A DNA stretch of 64,000 bases from Gemmatales bacterium. GTDB taxonomy: Bacteria; Planctomycetota; Planctomycetia; Gemmatales; HRBIN36. The stretch lies in NCBI GenBank assembly GCA_041640595.1, contig JBEPZY010000006.1, positions 32,001 through 96,000 of the forward strand, written 5' to 3'. The translations under genes were made by a program, and so were the position numbers. Under the pieces are notes generated by a model. The model was given only the letters and a program-made list of their open reading frames with translations. It was not told the DNA's origin and ran no database searches. Shown piece after piece: positions 18,449 to 34,500 of the stretch. Position 1 is the stretch's first letter. Each line of letters opens with the position of its first letter.

Positions 18449-19015
18449 TCAGGAAGAAAGAACTTTCAGGAATTGCGCCAGCCAGGCTGGATGTGCTGGC
18501 CAGGCCGGAGCAGTGACGAGATTCCCGTCCGTAATGGCCTGGTCCACGGGAACCTCGATATATTCGCCACCTGCCGCTCGCACTTCTGGTCCGACAGCTG
18601 GATAGGCGGTCACTTTTCTTCCTTTCAAAATACCCGCCGCTGCCAGTAATTGCAAGCCATGACAAATGGCGGCGATCGGTTTGCCCGCCTGGGCAAAATG
18701 CTGCACCATTTGTATGACACGCGAATGGAGTCGCAGATATTCTGGCGCTCGACCGCCCGGCACGACCAGAGCGTCGTAATCTTCCGGGCGAATCTCATCG
18801 AAGCTGGCGTTGAGGCGAAAGTTGTGGCCGGGCTTTTCGCTATACGTCTGGTCGCCTTCAAAATCATGGACAGCGGTACGGACGGTCTGACCCGCACGTT
18901 TGCCCGGACAGACCGCGTGGACGGTGTGGCCAAGCATGCTCAGAGCCTGAAACGGCACCATCGCTTCATAATCTTCCACATAATCGCCCACCAGCATCAG
19001 AATTTTCCTGGCCAT
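18449..19015 (-). CDS. DJ-1/PfpI family protein
   Basis: [24 protein letters not shown] nucleophile elbow. Confidence 0.95.
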   Translation of the reverse strand: MARKILMLVGDYVEDYEAMVPFQALSMLGHTVHAVCPGKRAGQTVRTAVHDFEGDQTYSEKPGHNFRLNASFDEIRPEDYDALVVPGGRAPEYLRLHSRVIQMVQHFAQAGKPIAAICHGLQLLAAAGILKGRKVTAYPAVGPEVRAAGGEYIEVPVDQAITDGNLVTAPAWPAHPAWLAQFLKVLSS

Positions 19016-19032
19016 GTTCGTCCTCCACCATG

Positions 19033-20028
19033 CTAACGTGGGAAAAGCGACAGCACATGTTGGATCGCATCCTCCTCGCTGGCTATTTTTTCCCGGAACG
19101 GCCTGAGTTCCCAGGTTTCGGTGTGCAAAACTTCTTCGCCTGGCTTGAGCGTAACCAGCGGCCCGAGCGTTTCCATCTCCAGCATGTCCTCGTTGGTAAA
19201 GGTCTCGTAATTAACGCCGAAATCGGGATACGTGCGGTCGGGAAAGTGGTTGAACCGTTTGATGAAAAGTGCTCCGCGATTCGCATAAGCAGCCCAGCCG
19301 AGTGTGTGGCGCAACCCGATCTTGGTTGGGCCGCGCTTGGCATCCTGGCGCAAAAGAATTACTTGCCGGCCGAAGGTATATCGCGGGTCGGTGAAATCAA
19401 AGTACGGCCACAGCACTAAGACCTGATTGGGCAGCAGGGCTTGCGGATGCGGTCGCTTGGGCGGCAAGGGAATAATCTCTACACCACCCGGAGCCATCAC
19501 GCTGATCGCCCACGGTGCAAGTTCCGTTGACGTTTTGCCCACATTGCGAATGCGATGTAACACTTCCACCCGGCTTCCCTGCGGGCTAAGGAACAGTTCT
19601 ATCTGTTTTTGCAGGCCCCACGGAGACTCCGGCGACGGGGTCAGAACCACTCGACCAGCCCGTTCTTCGTAGGCCACCCCTGCGTTATCCGGGAAATAAG
19701 TACGCTTCTCATCCTCGGGAGCGACCCACAGCCGATGACCGCCGCGAATCTGCCAATCCTTCTCACCGGATTTCCCCAGCTGGTCGGTGTATTCTTTGAA
19801 AACGTTTTCACCGCCGACAAACCCGTAACGGATCACGCGGGGGCCGATGTCGAGCGTGGCGATTAATTCAACCTGGCCGTTGGTGATACGCAGATTATTC
19901 GCCCAACCGCCGTAGGCCACTTTTTCGATTTTGACCGCAGGTTGGGCCTGACTTTGCGTCGGTTCCGTGGCAACAACCGCTAACCAGCACGCTGCAATCC
20001 CAGCCACCCAAGTCCCATGCCGAAGCAT
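19033..20028 (-). CDS. Secreted beta-sandwich (galactose mutarotase-like) protein
   Basis: Signal peptide; [36 protein letters not shown] before ATG 20028. Confidence 0.75.
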   Translation of the reverse strand: MLRHGTWVAGIAACWLAVVATEPTQSQAQPAVKIEKVAYGGWANNLRITNGQVELIATLDIGPRVIRYGFVGGENVFKEYTDQLGKSGEKDWQIRGGHRLWVAPEDEKRTYFPDNAGVAYEERAGRVVLTPSPESPWGLQKQIELFLSPQGSRVEVLHRIRNVGKTSTELAPWAISVMAPGGVEIIPLPPKRPHPQALLPNQVLVLWPYFDFTDPRYTFGRQVILLRQDAKRGPTKIGLRHTLGWAAYANRGALFIKRFNHFPDRTYPDFGVNYETFTNEDMLEMETLGPLVTLKPGEEVLHTETWELRPFREKIASEEDAIQHVLSLFPR

Positions 20029-20283
20029 ACCTGACTCCCGTTTCTCCAATCCTCTATTCCACTCACCAATGCTGGCGTGATTATAGCTGCAAATGGATAG
20101 GCTGGCATGGGCGAAGAAGGAACCGTAGGAGCCGTAGGGGAAAATGTGACTCCATCCCAGTTATGGGACGATAACAACGCTGGCTGGTAGTTCAGAAGCG
20201 AACCGGTAACATCCACCCCCCTGGTCCAGTGCCAAGTAAGAGCAAACGCTCGCCAGGCTGAGTCTTCCAGCAAGTTCGGGCCA

Positions 20284-20331
20284 ACCGAGTCCATGACGGC
20301 TTGGTACACCGAGTCCCTGATGGCATGGTAC
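20284..20331. repeat. 24-bp tandem duplication
   Basis: accgagtccatgacggcttggtac / accgagtccctgatggcatggtac (21/24). Confidence 0.75.
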
Positions 20332-20723
20332 AATGTAAAGAGCAGCACTCTCGCAGGCGGCGAAGCTGGGTGCTCGTGGGGAGGGACAAGGCGACACGCG
20401 GTCTGTCGCACCCAGGGTCGGAGAGAATAAAACCGCCGACCCAAGCGACTCGCACACTCGGTCATACTCGGTAACAGGCATCAACAAATACTTCGCGGAA
20501 CTAAGTGACTCGCACACTCTGACGGTCCTGGTGCTCAGCCGGGCATCGCCTTAGGCCAGACGCAACCGCAAGCCATTGTTGCGCGTTTCAGCGCTGGATA
20601 TCGGATAGCCTGTCCAACTAGCGCAGCGCGACAAGCTCCCGACCACGGAGACACAAAATCAGCTGTAAATGGCTGGGCGAGCAACGGCAGCAGCATGAGG
20701 GACTTATCGGCTCAGAATTTGCC

Positions 20724-22253
20724 ATGCTTTGCGTCAGCATCGGGCGCACCCGACACAAGATGATGATTACGGAGATTCACGAAGCCGCACGTCGGGGCGC
20801 GCAATTTATCGAATTGCGGCTGGATTTTCTGGCGAAGGCCCCCGATTTCAACCGTTTGTTTGGCTATAAACCGTGCCCGTTCGTGGCGACCATCCGGCGT
20901 CAGGAAGACGGCGGACGATGGAACCGCAGCGAACAAGAGCGGCAGACGCTGCTGCGTTTGTGCATCGCCTCCGGCCATTTCGATTGGGTGGACCTGGAGA
21001 CCGACATCGCCGACAAGATTCCCCGTTTCGGCAAGGTCAAGCGGATCGTCAGCTATCATAATCCCCGCGAGTTTCCCAAAGATTTGGAGGCGATCCTTCA
21101 GAAAATGGCCAAACAGGATGCCGACGTTTTGAAGATCGCTGTGCGGGCCGAGCGTCCGGCCGACAATATTCGCGTGCTCTCGCTGATTGCCAAGTCGCCC
21201 AAACCGCTGGTGTCGCTCTGCCTCGGCGATCTTGGCGTTCCCAGCCGGATTCTGGCTGGCAAGTTTGGTGCGCCGTTTACTTATTGCGCGTTTAACAAAG
21301 AACGGGGAATTGCACCCGGGATACTTTCCATGGAGGAAATGCAAAAAGTTTACGCTTATGACCGGATTAGCAAAAACACGCAGGTGTTTGCAGTGGTGGG
21401 CGATCCGATTGAGCACAGCCTCAGTCCGTTAGTGCATAACGCCGCTCTGCAAGCGCTGGGTCTGGATGCTGTGTACATTCCTATCCGTGTTCCGCCGGGT
21501 GAATTGCCAGCCACGCTGCAAGCCTTTGAACAGGTACCTGTGCAGGGTTATAGCGTTACGCTACCACATAAAGAAACGGCAGCTCAACTGGCCCGCGATA
21601 AGGACGAATTGACGGCCCTAACTGGCAGCACCAATACGCTGGTGCGGTTGCCGCAAGGTGGTTTTCGCGCGTACAACACCGACGCTCCCGCAGCACTGGC
21701 CGCTCTGCAGGATAAGCTTGCCACCTTACCGGGCAAGCCGAACTTACAGAACCTGCATGTGCTGGTGCTCGGTGCAGGCGGAGTGGCTCGCGCAATTGTG
21801 TTTGCGCTGGTGCGGGCCGGTGCTCAGGTAGTGGTGGCCAATCGCACACTGGCTCGCGCTGAAAAACTCGCTCAGGATTCTGGCTGCCGCTTTGTGGATT
21901 GGAATGCACGGTACAACGTCAAGTACGACTTACTCGTGAATTGCACCTCTGTTGGTATGTTTCCCAACCTCGACGAAACACCGATGCATCACAGTGCGCT
22001 GCAACCGGGACAAATCGTGTTTGACACCGTTTACAACCCAGAAACAACGCTGCTGATTCGAGAAGCGCGAGAGCGCGGTTGCGAGGTGATTACGGGCGTG
22101 GAAATGTTTGTCCGGCAGGCAGCTTTACAATTCCGTCTATTCACTGGCAAAGAGCCGCCTCTCGACCTGATGCGCAAAGTGGTTCGACGGGCTCTGCTTC
22201 CGGTTCATCTGCGCGAGGAAGAAGAATTGCCGGAGCAAGACAGCAAGGCGTAA
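20724..22253 (+). CDS. aroDE: Bifunctional type I 3-dehydroquinate dehydratase / shikimate dehydrogenase
   Basis: ELRLD, IVSYH, LKIAV (DHQase I); HSLSPLVHN, SVTLPHK, NTD, GAGGVARA, GVEMFVRQA (AroE). Confidence 0.95.
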   Translation: MLCVSIGRTRHKMMITEIHEAARRGAQFIELRLDFLAKAPDFNRLFGYKPCPFVATIRRQEDGGRWNRSEQERQTLLRLCIASGHFDWVDLETDIADKIPRFGKVKRIVSYHNPREFPKDLEAILQKMAKQDADVLKIAVRAERPADNIRVLSLIAKSPKPLVSLCLGDLGVPSRILAGKFGAPFTYCAFNKERGIAPGILSMEEMQKVYAYDRISKNTQVFAVVGDPIEHSLSPLVHNAALQALGLDAVYIPIRVPPGELPATLQAFEQVPVQGYSVTLPHKETAAQLARDKDELTALTGSTNTLVRLPQGGFRAYNTDAPAALAALQDKLATLPGKPNLQNLHVLVLGAGGVARAIVFALVRAGAQVVVANRTLARAEKLAQDSGCRFVDWNARYNVKYDLLVNCTSVGMFPNLDETPMHHSALQPGQIVFDTVYNPETTLLIREARERGCEVITGVEMFVRQAALQFRLFTGKEPPLDLMRKVVRRALLPVHLREEEELPEQDSKA

Positions 22254-22316
22254 ATGTTTCGCCAGCCTCGGATGTCAACAAGCTGCATGGCCTCTCGCCT
22301 CAGGCAACCAATTAGC

Positions 22317-23744
22317 TCACCGTAGTAGCAACAGGCCAACTACGAAGCCGACCAGGGCGAACAGCAGAAGCAACAACCAGGTGGCGAGATCAGCAGCGCT
22401 ACGACCTGGGGTCTTGCTGGCCGGGATAGATGCCTTTGCCGCGGACGGTTGTGCGGATTGTGGCACGGCAGGGACACCTTGCCTTGCTTCCGAGCAACCT
22501 GCTGGAGCGTGTCCGGTTTCGGTTTCAGGCGTCTGCCCGGCTATCTCTTTCCTGGCCGATGGTGCTGGGTGCGCTGCCCCTGGCTCAGGTGACGCGAACC
22601 GTTTATCCGTAGCAGCAGGAATGTACGTGCTTTGCTTCAACGCTTGCTGGCTGGCACGCGGCAAGGATAAGGCTCCCGGCTGCATGACCAGGTCCCGCAA
22701 TTCGGCAAATTCACGCAGCGGTCGGAACGGGCCTTCCGCACAAAAACCAACCTGTACCTTATCCAGCGGGCCGCATTTTCCCTCCAACAAAGCCCGGCGG
22801 ATCGCTGCTAACGAGCCTTTCCGCGTGACCACGTGTCCTTCCAGGGTTGCGTAAAAAACATACCAATCTTCCGCTGGCCGGGCTACTACACGAAACCGAT
22901 CGTCCGCCTCCTCTACCTGCTGCCCCAGCAAATCTTCGACAAACTCGCGGACGTCTGCTGGCCTGCGATCCGGATCGGCACTCATGGCCCGCCGAATTGC
23001 CCAGTCCACGCGGGAGCTCAGATCCGGTCGCAGCTGTCGCGGTGCTGGCAAATCATTGTTGATTTTGCGAATCCAGGCGTCCAGCGGTGAACAGGAACGA
23101 AACGGCAACTGACCGGTCACCAGCATGTACAGGGTAGCCCCCAGCGAATAGATGTCGCAACGCACATCGGCATTCTTAGCATTGCGAAACTGTTCGGGAG
23201 CCATGAAGTGAGGTGTGCCCAGTCCGCGACCGGTGCGAGTAAGATTGAGGTCGGCATCGAGGTCTTTCACTAACCCCAAATCCGCCAGTTTGGCTCGGCC
23301 TTGACCATCTACCAGAATATTGTCCGGTTTGACGTCGCGGTGGATGATACCCAGCTGATGCGCCCGATACAGTCCCTGGGCTACCTGAACGATGTAATCC
23401 ACCGCTTCAGCTTCAGGGAGCCGGCCCAATCGTTCCACACGCTGACCCAGCGATTCTCCGTCCACTAACTCCATGACGATATACGGCACTTTGCCGTGGC
23501 GTCCCAGTTCGATCGCCCGCACAATGTTCGGATGCACGAGCCGGCTGGCCGCACGAAATTCCTGCTCGAATCGCTGCAACAACACGGGATTGTTCGCCAT
23601 CGCCGCCGGCAGAACTTTCAGCGCCACCAGTTCCCCATTTTCTCGATGGCGGGCACGATATACCGTCCCCATGCCCCCCTCGGCGATCAGGGCAAGGATT
23701 TCGTATGGCCCGATTTCCTTGAGTTCCATCTTGGTGGCGGACAT
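22317..23744 (-). CDS. Hanks-type Ser/Thr protein kinase with a C-terminal TM anchor
   Basis: EGGMGTVY, VALK, HRDVKPDN, DLG, GTPHFMAPE. Confidence 0.95.
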   Translation of the reverse strand: MSATKMELKEIGPYEILALIAEGGMGTVYRARHRENGELVALKVLPAAMANNPVLLQRFEQEFRAASRLVHPNIVRAIELGRHGKVPYIVMELVDGESLGQRVERLGRLPEAEAVDYIVQVAQGLYRAHQLGIIHRDVKPDNILVDGQGRAKLADLGLVKDLDADLNLTRTGRGLGTPHFMAPEQFRNAKNADVRCDIYSLGATLYMLVTGQLPFRSCSPLDAWIRKINNDLPAPRQLRPDLSSRVDWAIRRAMSADPDRRPADVREFVEDLLGQQVEEADDRFRVVARPAEDWYVFYATLEGHVVTRKGSLAAIRRALLEGKCGPLDKVQVGFCAEGPFRPLREFAELRDLVMQPGALSLPRASQQALKQSTYIPAATDKRFASPEPGAAHPAPSARKEIAGQTPETETGHAPAGCSEARQGVPAVPQSAQPSAAKASIPASKTPGRSAADLATWLLLLLFALVGFVVGLLLLR

Positions 23745-23840
23745 TTACTCAGCGCAGTTGATTGCTCAGCGGAATATGGTCACGCCTGAACCAACCTCCA
23801 CGTATTCAAGTTTAGCCCAAAATTGCCGTCCGCGAAAGGA

Positions 23841-25442
23841 TCACGCAGGCAACCAGGACTCTTCGAGGGTTCGCTGTACCAGTGCCACCGCTTCGGCAAG
23901 AACGGTGTCGAAATCACGGTCAGTATGCAGCGGGCGAGTATGCAACTGCGTTGACGGTCCAGGCAATTCCCAGTGCTGCGCCATTCCTTCATAAACCGAC
24001 CAGGTAGCATCGGAAATGTCCCCCTGGCGTTCGGCTAAACGTCGGCGTACGACGCTCGGATCGGCCTGGCAAAGCAACAACAGTGCCGGCACTGCCCATT
24101 GCTTTGCCAGGTTTAAAAACTGCTGGCGGTGTTGCTCCTGGGCGAACGTCGCATCCACTATCACACGCCGACCATCAGCCAGTAACGATTCTGTGCGACG
24201 GAGCATCTCCGTGTAAGTCCGCTCTGTCCACTGCGGCGTATAAATGCCCTGGCCAAACGATGTTGCCGCAGCACCACCCGCAGGCAACCCGGCCAATTCT
24301 TTGCGAATAGCATCGCTCCGCAACCAGACGGCGTGCAATCGCTGAGCCAGGGCCTGAGCAAGACGCGACTTACCTACCCCAGGCAGACCGCTGACCAGTA
24401 CCAGCACCGGACGATAGTCCGGACTTTCCAACACTTGCCAGGCCAGCATCCAGTACCGTCGTGCTTCCTGCCAGGCTCGCTGTTGCGACTCGGCGGGTAC
24501 TTCCGGTTCTTGCGCGAGCAAGCTTCTGACTTTGCCCCGCACCGCTGCACGATAACTTACATACCACGTCAGCAACTCCCGACCGGTTTCATCACCGCTG
24601 GCTTGAAAATAACTCTCCGCGAAAAACCGGGCCCAGTTGGGGCGATCTTCGTACAGCAGATCCATCACCACAAATGCCATGTCTGCCACCGGGTCTGCGT
24701 AACGGAAGCTATCATTGAACTCCACGCAATCAATAATGGCAATGTCATAGGGAGGCGGTTTGTCGGGGAAAAGATAAATGTGTTCCAGCCTCAGGTCGCC
24801 ATGCGTATCACAGGGTACGCCTCGTGCCACTCGTTCCTCAAACCTGGGGCGCAACTTTTCCAGCCACTGCTCAGCAAGTTGCTGTAAACGCTGCCAAACT
24901 GAAGCGGTGATAGTCCGGCCCACCTGTTGCTGGCCGACCTCAAGGTTCTCCCGGCATAGTCGCGCAAGGACTTCTGTGCGGGCATAGCAGGCAATCTCCG
25001 GGCTGCGTTCCGCCTCCCTGTGAAATTTTGCGATTCGCTCTGCCAGCCGCCGTAACGTTTCCAGGTCGAGTTCGGAGTGTTGCACCTGCCATTCCAGCGT
25101 CGCTTCTTCTGGCAACCGAACCATTTTCACTGCCCATTCACACACGGGCCCCGGTTGCTCGAAGGCCAGACCGGTGTCTGTTTGTGCAACAGGCACCACT
25201 GCTTGATAAACTTGCGGCGCCAGTCGCCGATTCAGCAATAGCTCCCGCTCGCAATAGTACCGCCTTTTTTCCAGCGTGCTAAAGTCCACGAAACTGAAAG
25301 CAATGGGCTTTTTGATCTTGTAAGCCCAGGGACCGGCCAGAAATACTACGGAAATGTGCGTTTGCCGCACCTCCACGTCCTTCACCGCAAACGGATACGC
25401 ACTAGGCCTGGACAGTTCCGCGATCAGATGCTTCAATTCCAT
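23841..25442 (-). CDS. Bifunctional aminoglycoside-phosphotransferase-like / P-loop (AAA_33) protein
   Basis: QTHISVVFL, HGDLRLEHI, IDCVEFN; GLPGVGKS Walker A, VIVDATF. Confidence 0.92.
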   Translation of the reverse strand: MELKHLIAELSRPSAYPFAVKDVEVRQTHISVVFLAGPWAYKIKKPIAFSFVDFSTLEKRRYYCERELLLNRRLAPQVYQAVVPVAQTDTGLAFEQPGPVCEWAVKMVRLPEEATLEWQVQHSELDLETLRRLAERIAKFHREAERSPEIACYARTEVLARLCRENLEVGQQQVGRTITASVWQRLQQLAEQWLEKLRPRFEERVARGVPCDTHGDLRLEHIYLFPDKPPPYDIAIIDCVEFNDSFRYADPVADMAFVVMDLLYEDRPNWARFFAESYFQASGDETGRELLTWYVSYRAAVRGKVRSLLAQEPEVPAESQQRAWQEARRYWMLAWQVLESPDYRPVLVLVSGLPGVGKSRLAQALAQRLHAVWLRSDAIRKELAGLPAGGAAATSFGQGIYTPQWTERTYTEMLRRTESLLADGRRVIVDATFAQEQHRQQFLNLAKQWAVPALLLLCQADPSVVRRRLAERQGDISDATWSVYEGMAQHWELPGPSTQLHTRPLHTDRDFDTVLAEAVALVQRTLEESWLPA

Positions 25443-25614
25443 AGTCGCCGCCCTGAGAAACGCGATGCTTCATCGGAGTCCGGCAGGCATACCGGTACGA
25501 GTCCCGTCTTGGTCAACTTAGGCAAATCCGCAGCCGTGCCAACCGGCGCATCGGCAACCGTGTTTATACCAGCCCGCTTCGACGCTGTGCCCAGGCCGAA
25601 TTTCCTGGCCGTAT

Positions 25615-26094
25615 TTACCAGGCAAAATGAGCGAAAGCCTTGTTGGCTTCGGCCATTTTGATGGTATTTTCGCGTTTGGTCATGGCGTCGCCTTCGCGGC
25701 GATAGGCGGCCATGAGTTCGTCGGCAAGCTTGAGGAACATAGGTCGGCCCTTCTTGGCGCGGGCGGCCTGAATAATCCAGCGGATGGCCAGGCTTTGCTG
25801 GCGTTTCGGTTCGACCTGCATGGGTACCTGGTAAGTAGCGCCACCAACTCGCCGCGACCGCACTTCCAGCGTCGGCTTGACATTCTCCACAGCTTGCTCG
25901 AAAACTTCCAGGGCATTTACGTTTTCGCCCATTCGCTTCTGGATCTGCTCCAGGGCTTTATAAAAGATGCGTGCCGCCGTAGCTTTTTTGCCTCGCTGCA
26001 TCAAGCAGTTAATGAATTTGCTCACCAGAAGCGAGTTATATACCGGGTCGGGTCGCAATGTTTCTTCGCTAGCCGTCTTCTTTTTCCGTCTCAT
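25615..26094 (-). CDS. rpsG: 30S ribosomal protein S7
   Basis: [32 protein letters not shown]. Confidence 0.98.
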   Translation of the reverse strand: MRRKKKTASEETLRPDPVYNSLLVSKFINCLMQRGKKATAARIFYKALEQIQKRMGENVNALEVFEQAVENVKPTLEVRSRRVGGATYQVPMQVEPKRQQSLAIRWIIQAARAKKGRPMFLKLADELMAAYRREGDAMTKRENTIKMAEANKAFAHFAW

Positions 26095-26247
26095 GGCGAA
26101 TGCACCCACTCATAGTCAAGCTACAATCAGCAGGCATGAGCCCGCAGCATTCGGTAAGGCATCACTGTGCCATTTTCAGCGCAAGACCTGTCGGATGAAG
26201 CCCAAGCCAGGGCCGGCTCTGCTTCTAGGCCCCTCGTAGAAACGGGC

Positions 26248-26622
26248 TTATTTAGCCTGTTTCTTGGCACCATATTTGGAACGTGCCTGTTTGCGATCCT
26301 GCACGGGCGCGCAGTCATAAACACCACGAACGATATGGTAGCGGACACCTGGTAAATCACGGACACGCCCGCCACGCACCAGAACCACAGAGTGTTCCTG
26401 CAAATTATGCCCTTCGCCGGGGATGTAGGCGGTAACCTCGATCCCGTTGGACAGCCGAACACGAGCCACCTTACGTAAGGCGGAGTTCGGCTTCTTGGGC
26501 GTCATGATTTTTACTTGCGTGCAGACCCCTCGCTTGAACGGACACGCCTGCAAAGCAGGTCGTTTAGTCCGCCGATGCTGCACGACACGGGGGCGTCGGA
26601 CGAGTTGATTGATGGTCGGCAT
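26248..26622 (-). CDS. rpsL: 30S ribosomal protein S12
   Basis: [29 protein letters not shown]. Confidence 0.99.
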   Translation of the reverse strand: MPTINQLVRRPRVVQHRRTKRPALQACPFKRGVCTQVKIMTPKKPNSALRKVARVRLSNGIEVTAYIPGEGHNLQEHSVVLVRGGRVRDLPGVRYHIVRGVYDCAPVQDRKQARSKYGAKKQAK

Positions 26623-26942
26623 GGCTTCTTTTCGTAAAAGTACAAAATTGTCTTCGCGGCGCTAGCCACGGACGCGGAAAAGAGAGTGGACACTCCCAGC
26701 CAGTATTTCCACGTTGATCGGATCAGCTTGTCTTTCGGATGCTGGGCTTCCATTCGGCATTGCCGTGGCCAGCGAGTACTTCATGCTATGAAGAAGGCTA
26801 CCACCAGTCAAGTGAGTGGCTGACCAGCGCGGTTACATTTACATTTTGGGGCAAGCTTCACAGAACCGGTAGGCTGTCAGGCGTGTCAAGCTATTCGGTA
26901 ATTTGCGGATTTGCTCGTTCCGTTAGCCGATCGGCAGGAAAG

Positions 26943-31331
<4,389 letters not shown>

Positions 31332-31534
31332 GGTTGTTCTCCTTGCCCTGGGAAAATCCCCTGCTGAAAAGCTACCGAGCTAGCCTGGGAAAATGGCTAG
31401 CCGAAATGGCGGTTGATTGCGGCGTGTACCGGTTAACCGCAGACCGCGACCTGCACCCCGCTGGTCCGCGGTGGGGATCGAAATAAGAGTTCCCCGCTGG
31501 GCCCTGTTTGCGGTACAGGCAATGTTCGTGGGGA

Positions 31535-34500
31535 TCACAACCCTCTTCCTTCCACCGGCAGCAACTGTTGCTGCTTGCGGATGAGCTGGAGGTTCAGCCC
31601 CAGCCCTTTGATTTCATGCGTGAGGACTTCGAAGCTTGCGGGAGTGCCAGCTTCTAATTTTGGCAGCCCCTTGACGATGGACTCGTAAATTTTCGAGCGG
31701 CCATCCACGTCGTCCGATTTAACCGTCAGCAATTCCTGCAACAGGTAGGCCGCACCGTAAGCTTCCAGGGCCCAAACTTCCATTTCGCCGAAACGCTGCC
31801 CGCCGGAGCGTGCCTTGCCTCCCAGCGGCTGCTGAGTGATCAGCGAATACGGCCCGGTGGCCCGTGCGTGAATCTTGTCATCCACCAAATGATGCAATTT
31901 CATCATGTAGAGGTAACCGACCGTGACCTCCTGGTCGAAAGGCTCTCCCGTGCGGCCATCGTAAAGGCGAACCTTGCCGTGTTCCGGAAGGCCTGCTTCT
32001 CGCAAGCACGCACGTATCTCCTCTTCGCTGGCACCGTCGAAAACCGGGCTGATAGCACGGAATCCCAATTTCGCCGCCGCCCAGCCCAGGTGCGTCTCCA
32101 GAATCTGCCCAACGTTCATACGCGACGGCACGCCCAGAGGGTTGAGGATGATATCTACCGGTGTTCCGTCTTCCAGAAACGGCATATCCTCGATAGGCAG
32201 GATTTTGGCGATAACCCCCTTATTGCCGTGCCGGCCTGCCATTTTATCGCCCACAGAAATACGCCGTTTCGTGGCCACCCACACTTTCACCATTTGCTGC
32301 ACGCCGGGTTGCAGTTCGTCGCCCCGTTTCAGGTAATTGATCTGCCGCTCTTTCTCGTCCAGGATCTGGCGAATGCGCTCGACTGCGTACCGGTAAGCAT
32401 CCTCCACCTGCTTCTTGCGCTCCGGACTGCGCAACGGTTCCAGCAGTGCCTGCAGGAATTTTTCCTCGGGATCAGCAGTAGCTAGCTTGACCGCCTGCTC
32501 GTATTGCAACTTTTCGCTGCCTTCGCGGCCGAGAATTTTATCGTCCGGCCCGCGAATGTCCTTCTTTTCGAGAATGCGTTGCAGGTTTTCGACGAACTGG
32601 CGATATTCTTGAACGACCGCCCTGGTCGCTTGCTGTTCAATTTCCTTTTCCTGGCGGTCGAGTTCCTTCCGCTCCTCCTCGCTGAGACTGGCCCGACGGC
32701 TGTACCTCTCGGCATGGATGACAATGCCTTCCACACCCGGAGGCACTTCGAGGCTTACGTTCTTTACATCCTCACCAGCCCGGCCAAAGATCGCGTGCAG
32801 CAGCTTCTCTTCGGGCGTGAGTTCCGCTTTCGATTTCGGAGCAATCTTGCCCACCAGGATATCGCCGGGCCTCACATAAGTCCCGACACGGACTACACCG
32901 TGCTGATCCAGGTTGGCCAGCTGCTTGGTGCTTACGTTGGGGATATCGTTGGTAAACTCCTCTTTGCCCAGCTTGGTTTCCCGGATTTCCGTTTCGAACT
33001 CCTCGATGTGAATGGAAGTGTAAATATCCTCCTGCACCAGTCGCTCGCTGATGATGATGGCGTCCTCGAAGTTATAACCTTCCCAGGACATGAAGGCGAC
33101 CAGGACATTGCGACCCAGAGCCAGTTCCCCCTTGTACGTGGCTGGGCCGTCGGCGATCACCTGTCCTTTTTTGACCCGCTGGCCGATACGAACTATGGGT
33201 TTCTGGTTGAGACAGGTTTTCTCGTTGAGCCCGAGGAACTTTCGCAAGACGTATTCGCGAGCCCCTGGTTGGGAACGTGCCAGTTTCAATAGCGCCTGCG
33301 GACCGCGGGCTTTGTCCATCTCCTCCTGGCTGAGCGGCGCGTCGCCCGTGATAATGCGCTCCCCGTCCACATACAGGACATAGCCGTCCTTGGCGGCACG
33401 CAACACCATGCCGGAGTACTTTGGCACCTCGGTTTCCATGCCGGTCGCCACCAGAGGTGGTTCGGTTTCCAGCAACGGTACGGCCTGGCGCTGCATGTTG
33501 GCGCCCATCAAGGCACGGTTAGCGTCGTCGTGTTCGAGGAACGGAATCAGCCCGGCCGAAACGCCGACGATTTGTTTCGGCGAAACGTCAATAAATTCCA
33601 CTTCCTTCGGGGAAACCTGCACCAGTTCACCGCCGCGACGGACTTGAATGCGGTCGCCCAGCAACTTACCGTCCTGGCGGGGTGTATCGGCAGGCGCCAG
33701 GGCATGTTCCGCCTCTTCATCGGCCCGCAACCAGACCACCTCGTCGGTAACTTTGCCATCCTTGACCCGGCGGTACGGCGTGATCAGGAAGCCGTGTTCA
33801 TTCACGCGGGCGTAGATGCCCATGCTGGAAATCAAACCAATGTTGGTTCCTTCAGGCGTTTCTATCGGGCAGATGCGACCATAGTGGGAGATGTGCACGT
33901 CGCGAGCTTCGAAGCCAGCACGCTTCCGATTCAATCCGCCGGGACCCAGCGCACTGAGCCGACGCTCATGCGTCAGCTGCGACAGCGGATTGGTCTGGTC
34001 CACGACCTGGCTCAGTTCGCCACGACCAAAGAAGTATTCGACCGCCGCCGACACATGCTTCGGGTTGATCAGGGTTCGCGGAGTCATCTCCGACGGGTCT
34101 TTCATCTGCATGCGTTCCCGAACGGTGCGTTGCAACTTGAGCAAACCCTTGCGAATTTCGTCGGCAGCCAGCTCGTCTATGGTGCGAACACGGCGATTGC
34201 CGAGATGGTCAATATCGTCCACCTGTGCCTGACCGTCCGGATCGCGCAACCGCAAGATGTAACGGATGCACTCCACCAGATCCTCGGCCCTTAAGGTCAT
34301 TTCATCTTCGGGGACGTTCAGGCCGAACTTGCGATTCATGCGGAATCGGCCGACACGCCCCAGGCGATAGCGGGCGGGATCGAAAAAACGTTCCCGGAAC
34401 AGCTCGATGGCTTTATCCAGTTGCGGCGGATTGCCAGGACGCAAGCGCCCGTAAATTCGCAATAAAGCTTCCTCGTGCGTTTTCGCCTTGTCTTCAGCGA

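Noticed and set aside
23841..25442. Aminoglycoside resistance gene
   Set aside because: The APH-like/AAA_33 fusion is a widespread family with no established resistance role.
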